A DNA stretch of 64,000 nucleotides. Source: the human T2T-CHM13v2.0 reference genome, Homo sapiens. The notes under the pieces were generated by a model. It saw nothing but the letters and a program-made list of their open reading frames with translations, did not search any database and was not told where the DNA came from. This document shows, piece by piece, positions 56,518 through 64,000 of the stretch. The stretch lies in the NCBI RefSeq assembly GCF_009914755.1, contig NC_060926.1; one strand, given 5' to 3'. The stretch's first letter is position 1. Each line of letters begins with the position of its first letter. Made by a program: the position numbers and the translations under genes.

Positions 56518-58900
56518 CAGATTTCATGTGTTTCTATGGTCTCATTTGTTATGTCTCATTTTATTTGGGTCCTCTCTCTCTTTTTCTAAGTATAGCTAAT
56601 GGCTTGTCAATTTTGTTTATCTTTTTAAAAACCAACTTGTAATTATGTTGCTCTTCTGTGTAGATTTTTGGTCTCAATTTTATTTACTTCTGTTCTGATC
56701 TTTAGTATAATGTATTTTTTCTTCTACTAATTTTTGGTTTCTTCAGTTTTTGCTGACCTCATTTCTTGAGGTGCATTATTAGGTTGTTTAATTAACATAT
56801 TTCAATTTTTTAATGTGGGAATTTATTGCTACAAACTTCTCTCTTACTGTTGCTTTTGTTGTATTGCATAAATTTTAATATGTTGCATTTCCATTTTCAT
56901 TTGTTTTAAGAAATTTTTAAATTTCCTTCTTAATTTCTTCATTGACCCATTGGTCATTCAGGAGAATTTTGTTTAATTTCCATGTGTTTGCATAGTTTCC
57001 AAGGTTCTTCTTTCTAGTTTTATTTCTAATTTTATTCCATTTTGGTAAGACAAGATATTTGATATAATGTCTACTTTTTGAATTTTTTGAGACTCGTTTT
57101 GTGGTTTAACATATGGTCTGTATTGGAGAATGTTCCATGTACTGATGAAAATAATGTGTATTCTGCAGCAGTTGGGTGAAATGTTCTGTAAATATCAGTT
57201 AGGCCTGATTGGTCTAGTGTGTATTAATAGTTTAACTTGGATGTTTCTTTGTTGATCATCTGAATGATCTGTCCACTACTGAGAGCAGGGTGTTGAAGTC
57301 CCTAGTATGATTGTATTGCAGTCTTTCTATCCATTTAGATCAATTAATTTTGCTGTAAATACTTGGGTGGCTTGGTGTAGGGTGCATATATATTTATCAT
57401 TGTTAAGTCCTCTTGCTGAATTTACCCGTTTATCATTATATAGTAACCTTCCTTTGTTTCCTTTTACGGTCTAATACAATTATAGCTACTTTTGCTCTTT
57501 TTCGGTTGCCAGTTGCATTAAATCTCTTTCTTCATCCATTTCAGTCTATGTGTTTTTATAGGTGAAGTCAGTTTCTTATAGGCAGAATACAACAGGGTAT
57601 TATTTTTGTCCATTCATCCTTCCAGTCTTTTTATTACCAAATTCAGTCTATTTACATTTATTGTTATTGATTAGTAAGGACTGAGCAATGCCATTATCTT
57701 GCTTATTTTCTTGTTATTTTATAACTCTTCTCTTCCTTTCTTCCTTTTTTATTATATTTCTTTGTGATTTTCTCTGGTAGTATGTTTTCATTTATTGCTT
57801 TTTATTTTTAGTGAATCTAGTATAGATTTTTGCATTGTGGTTACAATGAGACAAAACATCTTACAGATATTACAAGTTATTTATAAGTGATGATCACTTA
57901 CCATAAATTAAAAATAAAATAATATAAACAAAGAAAAAATGAAAAAAAATCACCTGCACTTTAACTTTGTTCTTCCTGCATTTTGACTTTTTGTTATCTC
58001 AATTAATATATCTTTAAATTACCTATCTCTTGACAGTTTTCTGTAGCTTTTACTGTTTTTTATGGCTTTGTCTTGTGCACCTCATACTGGAGTTATAAGA
58101 GGATTTCATACCACAGTTGCAATGTTAGAATATTCCGGGTTTGTCTGTGTATTTACTTTTACCAGTGGGTTTTATACCTTCAAGTGTTTTCTTTTTTGCA
58201 CATTAGGGGGACTTTGTTTTCTTTCAGATTAAAGAACTCTCTTTAATGTTTCTTGTAAGAAAGTCTGATGGCAGTGAATTTTCTCAGCTTTTATATGTCT
58301 GGGAAAGACTTTATGTATCCTTCATATTTAAAGAATAGCTTTTCTAGTTACAGTGTTCTTAGATGACAGTTTATTTCTTTCAGCACTTTGAATATGTCAT
58401 CTCACTCCTTCCTGGCCTGTATTGTTTCCATTGAGAAGTCTGTTGACAGATGAATTAGAGTTCCTTTATATTATTTGCTTCTTTTTTCTTGTTGCTTTCA
58501 GAATCCTCTCTTGGTCCTTGACCTTTGAAATTTTGATTATTATATGCCTTGGGCAGTTTTATTTGGGTCAAATCTGTTCAGTGTTCTCTGACCTTCCTGC
58601 ACCTAAATATTTATCTCTAAAGTTTTGGCATGTTTCTGTTATTATTTCTTTGAATAAACTTTCTACCTCTTGCTCTTGCTCAACACCCTCTTGAACCCCA
58701 ATAATTCTTAGGTGTGGTCTTTGGAGGTAATTTTCTATATCTTGTAGATGATCTTGTACCTTCTTTTTTTTTGTATTTTTTTTTCTCCTCTGACACAGTG
58801 TATTTTCAAATTGTCTCTAAGTTCTCTGGTTTACTCTGCTCCATGCCTTCTGCTATGGAGAACAATTAACACTTTTTTTAGTTTAACAAATATATTTCTT

Positions 58901-59230
<330 letters not shown>

Positions 59231-59530
59231 TAGGTCCAAGATTTCTGTTTGATTTTTTAAATCATTTCAGTCTCTTCGTTAAGTTCCTCCAATAAATTTC
59301 TGAATTGGTTTTCTGTGTTGTCTTGGATATCACTGAGTTTTCTTAAAACTGCTATTTTAAAATCTTGATCCGAGAGCTCACCTATCACTATCTCAAGGCC
59401 AGCCATTGGTTCTCTATTTGTCTGTCTGGGGAAGTTGTGGTTCCCTATTTGTTGTTGTTTCTTGTGAACATATGTTTATTTCATTGCATTGAATGATGAG
59501 TTATTTATTCCAGTCTTCTCTGTCCAGATT

Positions 59531-59805
<275 letters not shown>

Positions 59806-60990
59806 TTCTCTGTCCAGATTGTTTAGGTTTTTATCAAATATATTTGCTTAGAGAGTCTTTGTAATTTACCTTTTGAATTCATTTTTATTTTTCTGCCAGG
59901 TTGTCACCTTCTTTTTGGCACTCAATGCTGCCTTAAGCCCAGGTTTGTCTCAGCTCTAGTAAATGATCAGAGTACTGCTTGTCATGAATGAGAGAGGTCC
60001 TTTTGTGGATATCCAAATGTTGTGTGAAGGCTGGTTATGGATTCATATGAAGAGGATCTGTGGAACATATCTTCTATAGTATGGTACTACTGAACAGCTA
60101 CTCTGATTTGATATCTCCTTTGGCTAAGTTATAGAGAAGAGTTTCCAGGGCTGGGGATGGTAGTCTCCTCTCTCCCGTTTGTCACTGGCTGTTCTTTAGA
60201 ACATTTCTGTCTTGAGGCTCTTCTGATGCTTCCTGTCGGTTGAGGGAGGAACTGGTTTCTTGCCAGGAAATCCCAGATGATGGGAAGTCTGGTTGTCCAC
60301 ATCACTATTGCTGTTTTCAGTATAGACACCATGAGTCAGAGATAAATTTTCTGCACACTTAATGCTGGGCAGATTGAGGGGTGGGACATTGTGGGTATGG
60401 AAGTCCCATTCATTACCATCTGCTTGGAGTTCTTTGAGTTCTGAGATATTGCTGATAATCTCAGCACTGTATATTTGTGTCTGATTTTCTGTGCAGGGAG
60501 GAGTAAAGCCAACTGCCTTATATGTCATCATTTTGGGAACAAAATGGCCTATAATTTTTTTTGATGTGTTATTGAATTCAACTTGTTAGTATTTAATTAT
60601 TTTTGAAAGCATATACATATATTGGCCTTGTAGTTTTTTTTTTTTTTCTTGTGATGTCTTTGTCTGATTTTGATGTAAGGGTGATGCTCACCTCATATAA
60701 TAAAGTTTGGAAATATTCCCTCTACTTCTATTTTTTGGAACATTTTAAGATAGATGGGTATTAATTTTTATTTCGTTGTTTGATATAATTCAGTCATGAA
60801 CTTATATGACCCTGAGCTTTCCTTGTTGGAAGGTTTTTGATTCCCACTTCAATCTCTTTATTTGTTATTTATCTTTCAGGCTTTCTATTTCTTCTTGATT
60901 TAGTCTTCAGAATGTATGTTTCTAGAATGTTAACCCTATCTTTCAGGTTATTGAAGTTTTTGGCATACTATTGTTCATAATAGTCCTCTT

Positions 60991-62537
60991 TGACATTCCT
61001 CATGGAACTAGAAGAAACTATTTTAATATTCATATGGAACCAACAAAGAGCCCGAATAGTCCAGGCAGTCCTAAGTAAAAAGAACAAGGCAGAAAGCATC
61101 ATGCTGCCCAACTTCAAATTGCACTACAGGGCTATAGTAATCAGAACAGCGTGGTACTGGTACAGAAACAGACACATAGACAAATGGAACCGAAAAGGCA
61201 GCCTGGAAATAAGGCTGCATACCTACAACCATCTGATCTTTGACAAAGCTGACACAAACAAGCAGTGGGGACAGGACTCCCTATTCACTAAATGGTGCAG
61301 TGATAACTGACTAGCCATATACAGAAAGCAGAAACTGGACCCCTTCCTTTCACCATATATAAAAATCAACTCGTGATGGATTAAATACTTAAATGTAAAA
61401 CCAAAACTATATTAAAAAAAAACTCTGGAAGACATCCTAGGCAATACCTTTTTGGACATAGGCCCTGGCAAAGATTTCATGACTAAGACACCGAAAACAA
61501 TTGCAACAAAAGCAAAAATTGACAAATATAAACTAATTAAACTAAATAGTTTCTACATATCAAAATAAACTATCAAAAGAGTAAACATCCTATAGAAATG
61601 GGAGAAAATATTTGCAAACTATGAATCTGACAAAGGTGTAATATCTAGCATTTATAAGTAACTTAAACAATTTTACAAGAAAAAACTAAACAACCCCATT
61701 GAGAAGTGGACACAGACATAAACAGAAAATTGTCAAAAGAAGACACAGATGCAGCCAACAAGCATATGAAAAAAGTTCAGTATCACTGATCATTAGTGAA
61801 ACGGAAATCAAAACCACAATGAAATATCATTTCACACCAGTCAGAATGGTTATTATGAAAAAATAAAAAAAATAACAGATGCTGGTGAGGTTGCAGATAA
61901 AAGAGTGTGTATACACTGTTGGCAGGAATGTAAATTAGTTCAACTGTTGTGAAAAGCTGTGTGGTGATTCCTCAAACAGCTAAAATCAGAACTACCATCC
62001 CACTCAGCAATCCCATTCTTGGGTATATACCCAGCAGAATATAAATCATTCTGTTATAAAGACAGAAGCATGCATATATTCATAGCAGCACTGTTCACAA
62101 TAGCAAAGACATGTAATCACTCTAAATGCCCATCAATAGAAGGCTTGTAAAGAAAATGTGGTACATATACACCATGGAATACTATGAAGCTATAGAAAAG
62201 AACAAGATCATGTTCTTTGCAGGAACGTGGATGGAGCTAGAAGCCATTATTTTTAGCAAACTCATACAAGAACAGACAACCAAAATACTGATGTTCTCAC
62301 TCATACGTGGGAGCTAAGTGGTCGGAACACATGGATACAAAGAGGAGAACGGACACCATGGCCTACCAGAAGGTTGAGGGTGGGAGCATAGAGAAGAGCA
62401 GAAAAACTAATTATTGGGTACTAGGCTTAGGAACCTGCTGATGAAGCAATCTGTACATCAAACCTCCATGACAATAGTTTACCTAGCTAACAACCTGCAC
62501 ATGTACCCCTGAACCCAACATGGAAGTTAAAAAAAAA
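60991..62537 (+). mobile_element. L1PA13-16/L1PB-like 3' portion
   Basis: ORFs 60990..61310 ([16 protein letters not shown]) and 62126..62317; 3'UTR and A-tail. Confidence 0.88.
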
Positions 62538-62630
62538 TCATGTTGTATGTCTTAAGTATATACAAGAAAAATAGCTTAATAACAAAATGAAATAACAACA
62601 AAAACAGCATTTAGCTTAGGTCTTGGTATT

Positions 62631-62656
62631 TCATGAAATATCATGATATTTCATGA
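62631..62656. repeat. 26-bp perfect palindrome
   Basis: TCATGAAATATCATGATATTTCATGA equals its own reverse complement. Confidence 0.95.
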
Positions 62657-64000
62657 TATTTTTATTTATTCATAAATAAAAGTATTTCATGATTTTTTTA
62701 CATATAAAATATTTTGTTTCTCATTTTTATTAGCAGTTTCAATGTACTTTTTCTTAACTGAGTTTGAGATAGTTTGTGAAGAAGCAAAATTCACTTATTA
62801 AGTAGATGGCGAAAGCACCACAGTCCCAGAGGAAAACACTTTCTTCCTGAAATCTTACTTCTAACAGAGTAGCATTGTTATAAGGCATGTCTTTGAGAGG
62901 TACATTGGAAAGTGCCTCTGTGGAAAAGTACTTTTTTTTCAGTGTCAACAAAAGTTTGACTGATTTTTCTCTGTTGGGCAGGTGGACTATCTTTGCATAG
63001 TATGTTAACTCCAGAGCTGTTTTCTTGTGATAAGTGTATACTTTCTAAAAACTGAAGCCAAAGTTGATGAAAACGATGAGAAATAAAATATCATTCCAGT
63101 GTCAATATCTAAAGGCACATCCTTCATCAGAATTATATTTTAAATATCCATGAAGAAAAATATAGAGACTTACATATGTATGGATAAGAAGTTCTGATTC
63201 ATCCAGTATTGATTGGATGCTCATATAGCAAGTAAAACAGCTTATTGGCAAATATAACAAGTGGTTTTCTTTTTAATCTCTAACATGCTGTTCTTAGCAG
63301 AATTAACTGTCGTCCTATCAGAATGTCATTGAATCATATAAAAGCAACCTTGTTTGTAGTGTGTCACATGGAAAACCTCTTAAACGTCCAAAAAGAATGT
63401 TTCTAAAAAATGTTTAAAGACTTCTCAAATACATAAATGTTGTATGAAGGAAAATATTAGACCATATGTGATTTACTTTGTAAGTCTGGAAATGGTTATT
63501 GTAGTTGTTCTAAAATTGCTTTTCTAAAAAGCTGCTTTTTACGTAGACTGTGAACTCCTTATGAATCAGAACCGTATGGTTGGTTCACCACTTTATCCCT
63601 GCCTCTAGTTGCCTACAACTTGATAGGCAAATAATATAATACATGTTTTGGGGAAATTAATGAAAAGTCAAAATAAAAAAGTAAAATAATGATTAATATA
63701 TACTGAATGAGGTATCTCTGAAAAAAATATATATATATCTGAGTTCTACACTGTAGAATTCATTTTTATTCTACCTTGTGATTGACAAGCACAGGTTTTA
63801 GTAACACATAGTCCTTCTACATATGTCCTGTACTGCAACATAGCAGGTAAGAATGTGGTGTGAGCCAGCCTTGCTAAGCGGGTCATTACTGAGAGCAGGT
63901 CTGATCTAAGCTTTTGTTATCACTTCTGCAAAACAAATCTTTCTGTGGAGATGTTAGATAAGTGTTTCCTAGGAATCACATTTCCGTATCATTTGAGTTC

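Noticed and set aside
60545-62537. Head-to-head L1 pieces at 60990 as another twin-priming event
   Set aside because: Not contiguous in L1 coordinates, appear to differ in age, and no TSD found

Overview
Primate (very likely human, given an AluYa5 with all five diagnostic positions) AT-rich, gene-poor DNA made mostly of interspersed repeats. I can support no host protein-coding gene: the recognisable ORFs in the track are decayed ERV gag/pol/env, L1 ORF1/ORF2, Alu/MaLR or simple-repeat frames. Main contents: (i) a minus-strand, internally deleted betaretrovirus-like provirus with a tRNA-Met PBS (HERV-K HML-5/HERVK22 with LTR22), 1-4412, inserted in a Tigger2-type DNA transposon; (ii) many L1 copies of several ages, several with inversions, including a clear twin-primed L1PA with a 17-bp TSD and another that joins its 3' end directly to an inverted 5'UTR; (iii) three LTR-int-LTR MaLR elements (two THE1, one MSTA) plus solo LTRs (THE1, MLT1, MLT2, LTR3/HML-6); (iv) twelve Alus, MIRs, MER58A and a U13 snoRNA retrocopy not visible in the ORF track; (v) fold-back, palindromic and minisatellite structures. 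I do not see evidence of a new functional biological system. The most interesting signals are molecular fossils of retrotransposition and repair. Family names come from my recall of consensus sequences and need RepeatMasker/Dfam confirmation; boundaries without TSDs are approximate.
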